64,000 nucleotides of DNA from an uncultured archaeon (GTDB lineage: Archaea; Aenigmatarchaeota; Aenigmatarchaeia; QMZP01), in assembly GCA_964537525.1 (NCBI GenBank), contig CAZIAB010000001.1:425-64424 (forward strand), in the 5' to 3' direction. Made by a program: the position numbers and the translations under genes. The notes below the pieces were generated by a model. It was not told the origin of the DNA. It saw nothing but the letters and a program-made list of their open reading frames with translations, and ran no database searches. Positions 27,201-34,790 of the stretch are shown here, piece by piece; the stretch's first letter is position 1, and each line of letters opens with the position of its first letter.

Positions 27201-29606
27201 TATGTCAGAGTCGTGCTTCCCTACCGCATCAATGAGCGGCTTGAGGGATGACATCTTTTCAGATAGTTTCTTTATCTCAGATTCGTGGCTGGATATTGAC
27301 TTTATCGGGGCATCCAGGGCAGCCAGCCTCTGGTTTATTGCCTTTATCTCCTTCTCGTGCTCGGGTAGCATGCCTATGTCAGCTATCCTGTCCTTTATCC
27401 TTGCTATGAGCTGCTGGTTCTTCGAAACGTCTGAGACCGCGAGGTCGAGCGCGACGACCCTCTCCCTGAGGGAGGCGATGAGCCCTGAATTCTCTGATGC
27501 CTGCTTTGAGACCGAATCGTAATCAGACGAGAGGGTTTTGGAATCAGAGAGTGTCTGCTGGATGGCTGACTTCATGCTCTCCATGTCAGACATTATTCCC
27601 GGGATTGCTGAAGCGGAATCCTGCAGGGAGGTCATGTCCTTCTGCATCCTGTCGAACCGCTTCTCCTGTGACTTCGAGTATCCGTCCATCTCAGAAGCCA
27701 ATCCTGAAAGGCGCTTCATCTCGTCAGAGATCCTTGAGAGCTGCTCGCCTTTCTCCTTGTCAATCCTCTTGTCCATCTCAGACCTTATGCTCTTTGATTC
27801 CTTGGCGAGCTTTTCATCGAGCATCTTCGAGAAGCTGTCAATGCCGTCAAGCCTCGAGCGGACAACATCTATCTCGGCAAGCGCGTTCCTCACGTCACCA
27901 ATCTCCCTGTCGAGCCTGTCCAGCCGGGATTCCTTCTTCTTGTCCGTCACGCCGAATTCCTTCTCTATGGCAGCTATCCTCTGCCTCTCCTCGGACAGGT
28001 TCTCCTCAAGTGACTTGAGCTGCTCTGCAAGGGACTGGCTCCTCTCTAAAAGAATCTCCTTTGCCTCGTTTATCTTGCCTATCGAATCCTCAACAGATGA
28101 GAGCCTCTTAGGGACCTCCCTGGTCATCGCGTCAATGTTCCGTGTCCTTTCACCGAGGGTTTCCAGAACACCCTGGTTATCCGATATCTGCTTGGAGGCG
28201 AGCTCCATCTTCGTCAGCCTCTCCCTCAGCTTCGCTATGGCATCAGAATTCTCCTCGAGGGTATCTATCCCTGATATCTGCTCCCTTATCTTCGCTATTA
28301 CCTCGGCGTTCGCCTTTGCCTGACCGGCTATGGCCTTGAGGTTGCCGGACATCCTGCTGTCAATCTCTGCAATCCTCTCGGATATTGCCTTCCTGACGGT
28401 CTCCTGGGTCCTGTCCATTATCTTCTCGTCAGAGGCCAGTTCCATGATATGCTTCTCTATGCTTGCCCTCTCAGAGGCGAGCATCTTGTCAAGCGAGAAG
28501 AGCCTGTTCTCCGAGTCCTCGAGCCGCTTGTTGAGGTTGGAGAAAAGGTCAGAGAACTCTGAACGGCTGACCGAATTCTTGGCAAAGCCGGTGAGCATGG
28601 ACTCTGCCTCGGACAGCTTCTGCTTGATTATCTTTATCTCAGAGGGCGCGTCCTCGAGCAGCCTGGATATCCTGGATAGCTCCGAGTCATGGGATTTCTT
28701 GTACCCCCTCATCTCCTCCTCGAGGTTGGATATCCTGTTTATCTCTGTCCTGAATTCCATCAGCTGGGCCTTGTTGTCATCGAGCCTCTTCTGGTCAAAG
28801 TCCTTCCTCATGGAATCGGCAGCCTTCTGCAGGTCCTTCAGGAGCTCTGACCTCAGCTCTGCGAGGGAATCGCCCTGGAACCTGGAGAGCTTCCCGAGCT
28901 TTGAGTCAAGCGTTTTTGAGAATTCCTCTGTGCTGTCTGCCCTCTTCCTCAAAAGCTTTATCTCCGCCAGCGTTCCCTCCAGGTCGGCCACGTTCTGGCT
29001 TATCTTGTAGAACGCGCTGTCCTGGGTCTTCTTGTATGCCCGGAATTCCTCCTCTATGCCGGCTATCCTCTTTATCTCCTTCCTGAACTCTGACATCTGG
29101 GACTTTATGTCCTGAACGCGCTTCTTCTCGAAATCATCCTTTATGGAGTCAATGTTCCTCTCCAGCTCCCTGACCATCTCCCTCCTCGTCTCCTCCAGCG
29201 ATTTCGATTGGTCGCGGAGGCTTGAACGCAGGAGGTTTACTGATTCGAGGTCCTTCTGCATCATGTTAATCTGATTTATTAGAGAGTTTATGACAGACTC
29301 GTCCTTGTCGCTTCTTTTCTTCTGCGAAGAAATCTCCTTCTCGATTCCGTCTATTGACCTGAGCTCGACGCCTATCTCTGCGAGCCTCTCCTTTATCGGT
29401 TCTACCTGGTTCTTGACGAAATCCATTATCTTCTGGCTCGCCTGCTGGTATGATTCCTGCATCCTGCTGAGCCGTTCGGAAAAGGAGTTGGACCTGGCTA
29501 TGAGCTCTTCCTTCTCCTTCTCGAGCGCGGCTATTATCCTTCTCTGCTGCTCCTCGTTCTTCTTGAGGCGGACCACCCCTGCCTCAAGCTCGCTGAGTTC
29601 CTTCAT
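24285..29606 (-). CDS. giant cytoplasmic coiled-coil protein (1773 aa) built from ~90-aa repeat units; no TM helix, no P-loop
   Basis: Essentially a continuous heptad-like E/K/R/L/S-rich sequence. Recurrent units have the form F-D/E-x-K-R...E-F-R/K-x-E-I-x-R-I...LEEE-x-R-x-Y-KK-x-x-DS...IK-x-L-R/K-K-R-x-D...FSK-x-LDSKLGKLS. There is no Walker A motif or SMC hinge. It overlaps the upstream 838-aa gene by 4 bp. Confidence 0.7.
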   Translation of the reverse strand: MKELSELEAGVVRLKKNEEQQRRIIAALEKEKEELIARSNSFSERLSRMQESYQQASQKIMDFVKNQVEPIKERLAEIGVELRSIDGIEKEISSQKKRSDKDESVINSLINQINMMQKDLESVNLLRSSLRDQSKSLEETRREMVRELERNIDSIKDDFEKKRVQDIKSQMSEFRKEIKRIAGIEEEFRAYKKTQDSAFYKISQNVADLEGTLAEIKLLRKRADSTEEFSKTLDSKLGKLSRFQGDSLAELRSELLKDLQKAADSMRKDFDQKRLDDNKAQLMEFRTEINRISNLEEEMRGYKKSHDSELSRISRLLEDAPSEIKIIKQKLSEAESMLTGFAKNSVSRSEFSDLFSNLNKRLEDSENRLFSLDKMLASERASIEKHIMELASDEKIMDRTQETVRKAISERIAEIDSRMSGNLKAIAGQAKANAEVIAKIREQISGIDTLEENSDAIAKLRERLTKMELASKQISDNQGVLETLGERTRNIDAMTREVPKRLSSVEDSIGKINEAKEILLERSQSLAEQLKSLEENLSEERQRIAAIEKEFGVTDKKKESRLDRLDREIGDVRNALAEIDVVRSRLDGIDSFSKMLDEKLAKESKSIRSEMDKRIDKEKGEQLSRISDEMKRLSGLASEMDGYSKSQEKRFDRMQKDMTSLQDSASAIPGIMSDMESMKSAIQQTLSDSKTLSSDYDSVSKQASENSGLIASLRERVVALDLAVSDVSKNQQLIARIKDRIADIGMLPEHEKEIKAINQRLAALDAPIKSISSHESEIKKLSEKMSSLKPLIDAVGKHDSDIGEFSKTLVRLESFSKTVQQSVDSMHSMRDRLTKLENLVADVSDNTKSVDELEERVIGMEAVVSQIPKTMDMVQKIKEMIANIKLLPKAIVELDDVKGRVIALEMGTKPLPEIIDEIESTRERIGGIESATKMFGKEIGEQKKILGRLSDEQRAASSSMRSEIDQRIKQMAGEQKTDASSLHDDVGKLMTRITRMESDTKTFPGLMNDIKKITERMATIDSNSKAINKEIGEQKKILGRLSDEQKTVPSSVRSEINQTIRRMAEEQKKDVVSLHDDVESLVARITDIESNSKIFRMFSKQLKSLEENLSEGRQRIAALEKVFGGKDSKKESRLDRIFQDISSIRQEIGDQRKYIGTVSESQKEILASLRSEIDKKAKQFSREQEDINLSLQNEIDEKTKKLSDDQKEMNLSLQNKIEERAKQLSSDQKETYLSLQSGINDRIKQLAQDIAEARKEQAGMNTNDTKAWLARVKDMEKKLNSYVSGNEKRLSKLSENLISIDDELKAQAIVSGSLAKSLAMAEGMMADVGVMKERVSYLSKMGEGLGKGTVKESEFINTVKSISKRIDDIESGRMDTDSKLSSDLDEGMELINKTAADIGLLKASQEDIQNSLNSRIAVLEKSLSSSISALTKKTESGLEDINGIKERISGLANLENISNMSAGEIDEIGKKLAVMDSLLKVFGSNSARIKEMAGKISSLSDMTEKMETLEDEGKAYLKEIRGLQGELSAERERISRMESDMVSLSKEHETRTRSMLDDHKRLVLAEAKKEISEMSGDIELSEERRKRDFDKILRESRDLEMRTKETIKDFGRELASMPGIEEKLSESIEKMGVESMKKMSEGQKEMVKRLSESEKTIKELSETVTELRTRLGSIKDYGKDVEEKVSELRDEIETRIKTNEDIMDSEMDAFKNKVDYLAGQLGAWKEIQTENKKEIKIVYPEVSGTPVEINAPAAIPTTRKEEISMIKRLSSKT
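25899..26160. repeat. 4 tandem copies of a 66-bp in-frame repeat (22-aa units QKExxLSLQNxIxExxKxLSxD) inside the 1773-aa coiled-coil gene
   Basis: ctgGAGGGACAGGtt... units recur at 25899, 25965, 26031 and about 26097 with the same period. The protein repeats are EQEDINLSLQNEIDEKTKKLSD / DQKEMNLSLQNKIEERAKQLSS / DQKETYLSLQSGINDRIKQLAQ. Confidence 0.7.
26400..26950. repeat. two direct copies of an approximately 276-bp in-frame repeat (about 92-aa units) inside the 1773-aa coiled-coil gene
   Basis: An identical 49-mer, tctgttcatctgacagtcttccgaggattttcttctgttccccaatctc, occurs at 26471 and 26747. The encoded units are INKEIGEQKKILGRLSDEQ(R/K)...SEI(D/N)Q(R/T)I(K/R)(Q/R)MA(G/E)EQK...SLHDDV..L..RIT..ES(D/N)(T/S)K. 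Confidence 0.7.
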
Positions 29607-32119
29607 GATGACAGCTCCTTTATTATGCTTCCAACCCTCTCCCTCTGCTCCCTGACATCCCTCTCGAGCTGGCGCCTCTCAGCCATGTTCTGCTTCAGGG
29701 CCTTCTCGAGTTCCTTCATGTCAAGGTTTATTTTCTCCTCCAGCACTCCATAGAGGGACCTTATCTCCTTCACCTGCTTGTCTATCATCGATATCTGGCT
29801 GACTATCCTCGATATCTGGTCCGAGACCTTCTCCCCGCTCGCGTCCATCCTCGAATCGAAAGCCTTGCTTATGTCATTCAGCTCGTCCGTCCTCTCCTTC
29901 AGGAACTTTATGTCAGTCAGCGCGCCCTGGAGGGTCGTCAGGTCGTTCCTGAGTGCATCGAGCCTCGACTCCTGTGAGGTGTTGGTTGCCTCGAGGGTCT
30001 CCTCCAGGGAAGCGAGCCTCTTGAAGTCTGCCTTTATCTGGTTCAGCTGCTCCTGCCTGTCAAGCATCCTTTTTTCGTCAATCTCCTTTGCCATTCCCTT
30101 CAGGCTCTTCTCGAGCGATGAATGGAGTTCGTCGCTTATTGCATCGAGCCTCTCCTTCTGGTATTGTATCATGTCGCTGAACTTCTTCTCGAGCTTCTCT
30201 GAGAAGCTCTCTACGTCAGACATCCTCGGCCCGAGAGCCAGGGCCCTTGAGATATTATCCTTCATCTTGCCCATCTCATCACTGAGCCTCTCGATTCCCT
30301 TGTCCATGACCTTCTTGCTTGCCCTGAGCTCCTCCTCGAGACCGGACACCCTCTTGGTCTCTGACTTGAACTCCTCGAGCTGGTTCTTGGAGTCAATCTC
30401 CCTCCTCTTGTCCATCTCCTTCTTTATATCAGAGACCTCGCTCTTTAGCTCCTTCTTGAGAGAATCTCCCAGCTTCGAGATGCTCTGCTTCTGCCCCTCC
30501 AGCAACTCGCTGAACCTGGCCTCCTGAATGGTAAGACGCTGCGCTATCGCGGATATGTCCTCGCGGTTCGTGGCGAGCTTCTCCGAGAGCCCGCTTATCT
30601 CAAGTCCCATTGATTCTGAACGCTGGACAACCATGTTCCTTGCCTCGAGGAACTTGTTGATTGCGATATCCTGGTTGTCAATCCTCTTGGGAAGGGTCTT
30701 CGTCTCTGACCATATCGTGTTGATGTTGTCCCTGGTCTCCTCGTTCCTCTTGACCTGCCTCTCGTGGAACTTCTTCAGCTTGTTTACGTCTGCCTGGAGA
30801 CCCCTCTCTATGGAGGACATCCTCTTCTCTAGCCAGACCTTTATGTTCTCAGGCGCCTCTATGTTCTTTATTGCCTCGTAGAGCTCATTCTCTCTCTTGT
30901 CAGAGAGCTTCATCCTTTCGTCAATCAACATGTCCCTCTTTTCCAGTTCAGCGAACCTCGGCTGTATCAGGGAGAGGAAGGTCTTGTGGATGTCCTTGTC
31001 AATCTTGTCCATGTCCTTCTTCTGGATTTCCCTGAGGTCCTGGTATATCTTATCGGTGACGCTCTCTATCTTCTTCTTTATGTCATCTCTCAGGCCCTTG
31101 ACCCCATCGGAGAGACGGTCCTCCTGCTCGTCCATGTCCTTGGAGAGCTGGTCCTTGTCTGACCTGAGCTCTGCTATGTCCTCCCTGAGCTTCTGGAGGT
31201 TCAGGACCTCCTCCTTGAGGTGGTTGAGCCTGACGTTGAAATCATTGACCAGGTCCCTCATGTCCCTTACCTCGTTCACGGCAGGGTCGAGCTTTGTCTT
31301 GAGCTTCTTGCCTACCAAATCCGGTATCACCTGCTCTATTATCTCGTCGCTGGAGAATATCAGCTTCCTGAGCTTCTGGACGTTGTCAGGCCCGAGCTTC
31401 TGGTTCAACTGCTCGTATCTCTCCTCAAGGTCAGGGAACCTCTCGAGTATCTTTGACTTGTCCTCCAGGTTGGAAACGCGATAATCCAGCTTCTTGCTGG
31501 TGTTGTCAATGTTCCTTGCAATCTCCGAGATTGCCTTCTTCAGGTCGAATATCTGCGACTGGAAATCGACTTCCTCACCGAACGAGGCCAGTTGCCTTCC
31601 TGCTGCTCCGCCACCCCCGCCCTGGGGAAGGGGCTGCATTGCCTGCTGATTGAGCCTGTCCGCGAGCTCGGTTAATTTCGCTTCCATGTCAGAAAGCTTG
31701 CCGAGCTTACCCAGCTCTTCTGACATCGCTGAAAGCTTTGAATCAACCTTCTTCTTTATCATCTCTGACAATTCTTTCTTCATCCCCGATTCATTCTTTG
31801 ATGAAGAATTCTGCGCAGAGGCTTGGGCTGGCTGGGGATTCGTGCCGGTTTGTTGCGGCTTTTCCTGAGCAGCCGCATGGGAGGATTTAAGCCCCTCCTC
31901 GAGATTTTGCGCGGCCTTCCCGAGGTTCGAGAGCCCTCCGGAATCGTTTTTCTCTCCCTCTGGCGATTCGCGGACTCCCTTGGTGACCTCTTCTATTATG
32001 CTAGCGAGATTCCTGTTTTTCTCGAGAAGCTCGAGCTTTTCGCTTTCCAGCTTCCTGATGTTGTCATCTTCCTTGTCAAGCTCCTTCTTCATGTTACCGA
32101 GCTTCTTTTCGCCAGCCAT
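29603..32119 (-). CDS. cytoplasmic coiled-coil protein (838 aa), paralogous repeat architecture to the 1773-aa protein; N-terminal region with Q/P/G-rich low-complexity inserts
   Basis: A continuous coiled-coil. It contains the same type of ~90-aa units as the 1773-aa protein (e.g. EIDEKRMLDRQEQLNQIKADFKRLASLEETLEATNTSQESRLDALRNDLTTLQGALTDIKFLKERTDELNDISKAFDSRMD). Q/P-rich and GGGGG low-complexity stretches occur near residues 80-190. No TM helix or P-loop. Confidence 0.7.
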   Translation of the reverse strand: MAGEKKLGNMKKELDKEDDNIRKLESEKLELLEKNRNLASIIEEVTKGVRESPEGEKNDSGGLSNLGKAAQNLEEGLKSSHAAAQEKPQQTGTNPQPAQASAQNSSSKNESGMKKELSEMIKKKVDSKLSAMSEELGKLGKLSDMEAKLTELADRLNQQAMQPLPQGGGGGAAGRQLASFGEEVDFQSQIFDLKKAISEIARNIDNTSKKLDYRVSNLEDKSKILERFPDLEERYEQLNQKLGPDNVQKLRKLIFSSDEIIEQVIPDLVGKKLKTKLDPAVNEVRDMRDLVNDFNVRLNHLKEEVLNLQKLREDIAELRSDKDQLSKDMDEQEDRLSDGVKGLRDDIKKKIESVTDKIYQDLREIQKKDMDKIDKDIHKTFLSLIQPRFAELEKRDMLIDERMKLSDKRENELYEAIKNIEAPENIKVWLEKRMSSIERGLQADVNKLKKFHERQVKRNEETRDNINTIWSETKTLPKRIDNQDIAINKFLEARNMVVQRSESMGLEISGLSEKLATNREDISAIAQRLTIQEARFSELLEGQKQSISKLGDSLKKELKSEVSDIKKEMDKRREIDSKNQLEEFKSETKRVSGLEEELRASKKVMDKGIERLSDEMGKMKDNISRALALGPRMSDVESFSEKLEKKFSDMIQYQKERLDAISDELHSSLEKSLKGMAKEIDEKRMLDRQEQLNQIKADFKRLASLEETLEATNTSQESRLDALRNDLTTLQGALTDIKFLKERTDELNDISKAFDSRMDASGEKVSDQISRIVSQISMIDKQVKEIRSLYGVLEEKINLDMKELEKALKQNMAERRQLERDVREQRERVGSIIKELSS

Positions 32120-32415
32120 CCTGAATCATACCCCCTGGAAACGGTTCTTCCCGGATACTGCAATTTTTGAGGAAAATTAGAAAGTTTTTTCCGGGTGAAA
32201 ATTTCCTCTGGAATTCTCATAGTAAATAATTATAAAGGGGCTATATAAATCAAAAAGGACTGCTTTTTATATGTTAATACTATTATGCTGATATTTGTTT
32301 TTTTCAGAAAAATCGCCCAAAAAAAGATACTGTGTATACGACTTTTTGGGGGGTAAGCCTCATTTTTCGTTTTTTACGGAAAATTTTATATTACACGCAT
32401 ACAATACTTTATTGC
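32120..32415. promoter_or_regulatory. about 300-bp markedly AT-rich divergent intergenic region
   Basis: Composition here departs sharply from the surrounding ~50% GC. It contains ttataaagggg, ctatataaatc, ttttatatgttaatactattatg, poly-T and poly-A runs, and TATA-like boxes on both strands. It sits between the 838-aa coiled-coil gene (-) and a hypothetical gene (+). Confidence 0.4.
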
Positions 32416-33072
32416 ATGATAAAGAAAGAGAAGATAACGGACTACAGGAACTTCTGGCTCATCTGGCTCAGCTGCGCAGGGAAACCAGACAAGGGAGAAT
32501 CGCTTTTCGGGATACAGAATGCATGGGACATCAAGACAAACTATCTCTATCATCATGAGACCGGTCTCGGAAAGCCCTTGTACGTGCATATGATAAGGAA
32601 AAACTACATCCGCAAGGAAAAGACAAAACTGGTCCCGAATTTTGCCTGGATAAACGAGTACATAAAGGAAATCGTTGGTGAGGGGGTGGGCAATACATGG
32701 TATCCGAGCGTCTTCATCGGCGGGCGGTGGCCGATTGTCCAGAGCTTCATAGAGAAGAACGCGAACGTGCTTTTCAGCATGGAGAACCTGAAAACTCTCT
32801 ATAAGGAAGATAGGAACATACTTGGCGAGTCCGGTCGTCACATCTTTACAGACATTTTCCTTTACGTAATCTTTTCGAACATGATACAATTCTGTAAAAA
32901 ATACCACGCTGACATCGTATTAAGAATCCTTTCTACTTTCATATCAGTGTTCGCAGACAGGGACCTGCTCAATTACATAAGGAAGATGCACAGCCAGATC
33001 GGTGATAACGTACCAGTATTGATATCCAATGAAGCAGAGATGAACAGGCTCATGTACCCATTTAAGTGGTGA
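32416..33072 (+). CDS. hypothetical protein, aromatic-rich (W/Y/F), no recognisable domain
   Basis: 218 aa from the ATG at 32416 (MIKKEKITDYRNFWLIWLSCAGKPDKGE...). The ORF-track start at 32332 is GTG and lies inside the AT-rich tract. The ORF is uninterrupted, but I recognise no homology, so confidence is low. Confidence 0.4.
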   Translation: MIKKEKITDYRNFWLIWLSCAGKPDKGESLFGIQNAWDIKTNYLYHHETGLGKPLYVHMIRKNYIRKEKTKLVPNFAWINEYIKEIVGEGVGNTWYPSVFIGGRWPIVQSFIEKNANVLFSMENLKTLYKEDRNILGESGRHIFTDIFLYVIFSNMIQFCKKYHADIVLRILSTFISVFADRDLLNYIRKMHSQIGDNVPVLISNEAEMNRLMYPFKW

Positions 33073-33263
33073 CCCGCTCATGTCTTTATTATTTTCAGTG
33101 AACGCTTTTGCCACCAACCATCGCTCGCCGCAGTTACCCTGTTGTATCAATGCGGCATTCTAGTGGTTAATTGGCGACATCCTTAACTGTAAAGGGGTTC
33201 TGTAACCTGATATTTATAAAGCTAAAGCCTGAATATAGAGTATCTGGGCTTGAAGGTGGTGCA

Positions 33264-34037
33264 ATGACCAGGATAATAGGCATAGTTTCCGGGAAGGGGG
33301 GAGTCGGTAAGACCACCGTAGCTCTCAACATAGGAACCGTCCTCGCAAAGAAATACAAGAAGGACGTCATAATAGTTGACGGCAACATGACGACATCCCA
33401 CCTCGGTCTGTACATGGGGATGTACTATTATCCAATATCGCTCAACCACGTCCTTTCAGGGGAGGTCGTGATAGACAAGGCAATGTACGACTACAGCATC
33501 CCCGGGGTGAGGATAATACCCGCCTCACTGTCACTGGATGACCTGAAGGGGATGGACGTTTCTGAAATGAAGAAGCACGTAAAGGAACTGTTCGGAAAGG
33601 CCGATTTCGTCATACTCGACGGGGCGCCGGGGTTCGGAAGGGAGGCCATGGCAACCATCAGAGCGTCTGATGAGGTACTCTTCGTGATGACGCCGTTCGT
33701 CCCGCCGCTGATGGACGTCATCAAGTGCTACCAGGTCGCCGAGGAGCTGGGCGTCAGGTCTCTGGGCGTCGTCCTTAACATGACCGGTGAGGGGAGGCAC
33801 GAGCTCGGCAAGCAGGAGGTCGAGCAGCTGATAGAGCTTCCTGTGATATCCATGATACCGAGGGACAAGGAGGTCCTCAGGAGCCTCTCTGCAAAGCTTC
33901 CTGTAACTGACATGAGCCCCAACACCAAATCCAGCAGGGAGCTTGACAGGCTGGCGGCATACATAGCAGGCGAATACTACACCCCGCCCGGGATGGTTTC
34001 AAGGCTCTCTGGCCTGTTCAGAAGGCCAAAGGCCTAA
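33264..34037 (+). CDS. minD: MinD/ParA-family P-loop ATPase (archaeal MinD-like)
   Basis: MTRIIGIVSGKGGVGKTTVALNIG... with a deviant Walker A (GKGGVGKT) and a Walker B region (FVILDGAPG). About 257 aa with no DNA-binding extension. A GGTGG ribosome-binding site lies 7 nt upstream. Start moved from the ORF-track start (33171) to the ATG at 33264. Confidence 0.85.
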   Translation: MTRIIGIVSGKGGVGKTTVALNIGTVLAKKYKKDVIIVDGNMTTSHLGLYMGMYYYPISLNHVLSGEVVIDKAMYDYSIPGVRIIPASLSLDDLKGMDVSEMKKHVKELFGKADFVILDGAPGFGREAMATIRASDEVLFVMTPFVPPLMDVIKCYQVAEELGVRSLGVVLNMTGEGRHELGKQEVEQLIELPVISMIPRDKEVLRSLSAKLPVTDMSPNTKSSRELDRLAAYIAGEYYTPPGMVSRLSGLFRRPKA

Positions 34038-34241
34038 TATCATTAGCAGAATGGATTTCAATAGTTTTCTGGTTGCTCCGTTGTGCCCCGAGGGGTATCG
34101 GCTTTTCAAACCCAGACCGCACCCAGAACCAATATAAGCAATGCTTGGTTCGAATTCTGGGAGCGAAAGCTATGGTAAGCCGAGAATAGTTTCTTATATC
34201 ACAATGAACATATTATTAATAGTCGCTGTAATGGAAATGTA

Positions 34242-34790
34242 ATGCTGATGGGCATGGCAGGTGATATAGGATCCACTATAAGGAAGAACTCGATTTCTGT
34301 AATCGTGATGCCGAACACGGCCTATAACGAGACCCTGAAGGACATAGTGAGCGCTGCGCTGGATAAGCACGGCTCGCTCTGTTACATATCGCTCAACAAG
34401 CCATACAACAGCGTGATGACATATCTGAAGAACAAGGGGATTAGTTCTGAGAACATAATATTCATAGACGCGGTGACGAAAAAGCCAGAATCCGATTCAG
34501 ACCAGGTGATATACGTTTCTTCGCCGACAGCACTGACAGAGATTAACATAACCATGAACAAGGTCCTCGAGGCAGGCGGGATAAAGGCCGTCCTCATAGA
34601 TTCCATATCGACGCTTCTGCTCTACACAGAGGAATCGGTCGTCCTGAAGTTCGTGCATTCAATCGTCTCGAAGATGAGGAGCGACAGCAATGACTGCATA
34701 ATGGCTGCCATAGAGGACGAATCCACAAGAGAACTTATAGATGACATGTCAATGTTCGTTGACGAGATTCTGGAGCTGGGCAGGAAATGA
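34242..34790 (+). CDS. inactivated KaiC/RecA-like domain protein (P-loop-less KaiC-like; probably the family catalogued as DUF835)
   Basis: 182 aa. It aligns to the RecA/KaiC core (LCYISLNKPYNSVMTYLKNKGISSENIIFIDA ... KAVLIDSISTLLLY ... KFVHSIVSKMRSDSNDCIMAA), but the Walker A position reads VIVMPNTAYNE with no GxxxxGK[TS]. It is a clear paralog of the ORF at 44715-45332. Confidence 0.6.
   Translation: MLMGMAGDIGSTIRKNSISVIVMPNTAYNETLKDIVSAALDKHGSLCYISLNKPYNSVMTYLKNKGISSENIIFIDAVTKKPESDSDQVIYVSSPTALTEINITMNKVLEAGGIKAVLIDSISTLLLYTEESVVLKFVHSIVSKMRSDSNDCIMAAIEDESTRELIDDMSMFVDEILELGRK

Noticed and set aside
24583-31868. Many plus-strand ORFs of 60-264 aa lying antisense to the two coiled-coil genes, with S/L/F/P-rich translations
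   Set aside because: They are the reverse-complement reading of GAG/AAG/CTC-rich coiled-coil codons, so they are low-complexity with no motifs. They are mutually overlapping and fully contained in the far longer, internally consistent minus-strand genes.
24285-32119. Possibility that the giant coiled-coil proteins are SMC/Rad50-type chromosome proteins
   Set aside because: There is no N-terminal Walker A (GxNGSGKS), no C-terminal signature or Walker B/D-loop, and no hinge or CxxC hook. The termini are plain coiled-coil or short unstructured tails.
34038-34241. tRNA-like T-loop sequence (ggttcgaattc) and a 6-bp-stem hairpin (ccagaa...ttctgg) in the minD / KaiC-paralog intergenic region; possible tRNA fragment or att site
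   Set aside because: The flanks cannot be folded into a T-arm (the stems are not complementary). No acceptor stem or anticodon arm was found by eye. No integrase is nearby. Worth a tRNAscan/Aragorn run, but I could not support a call.
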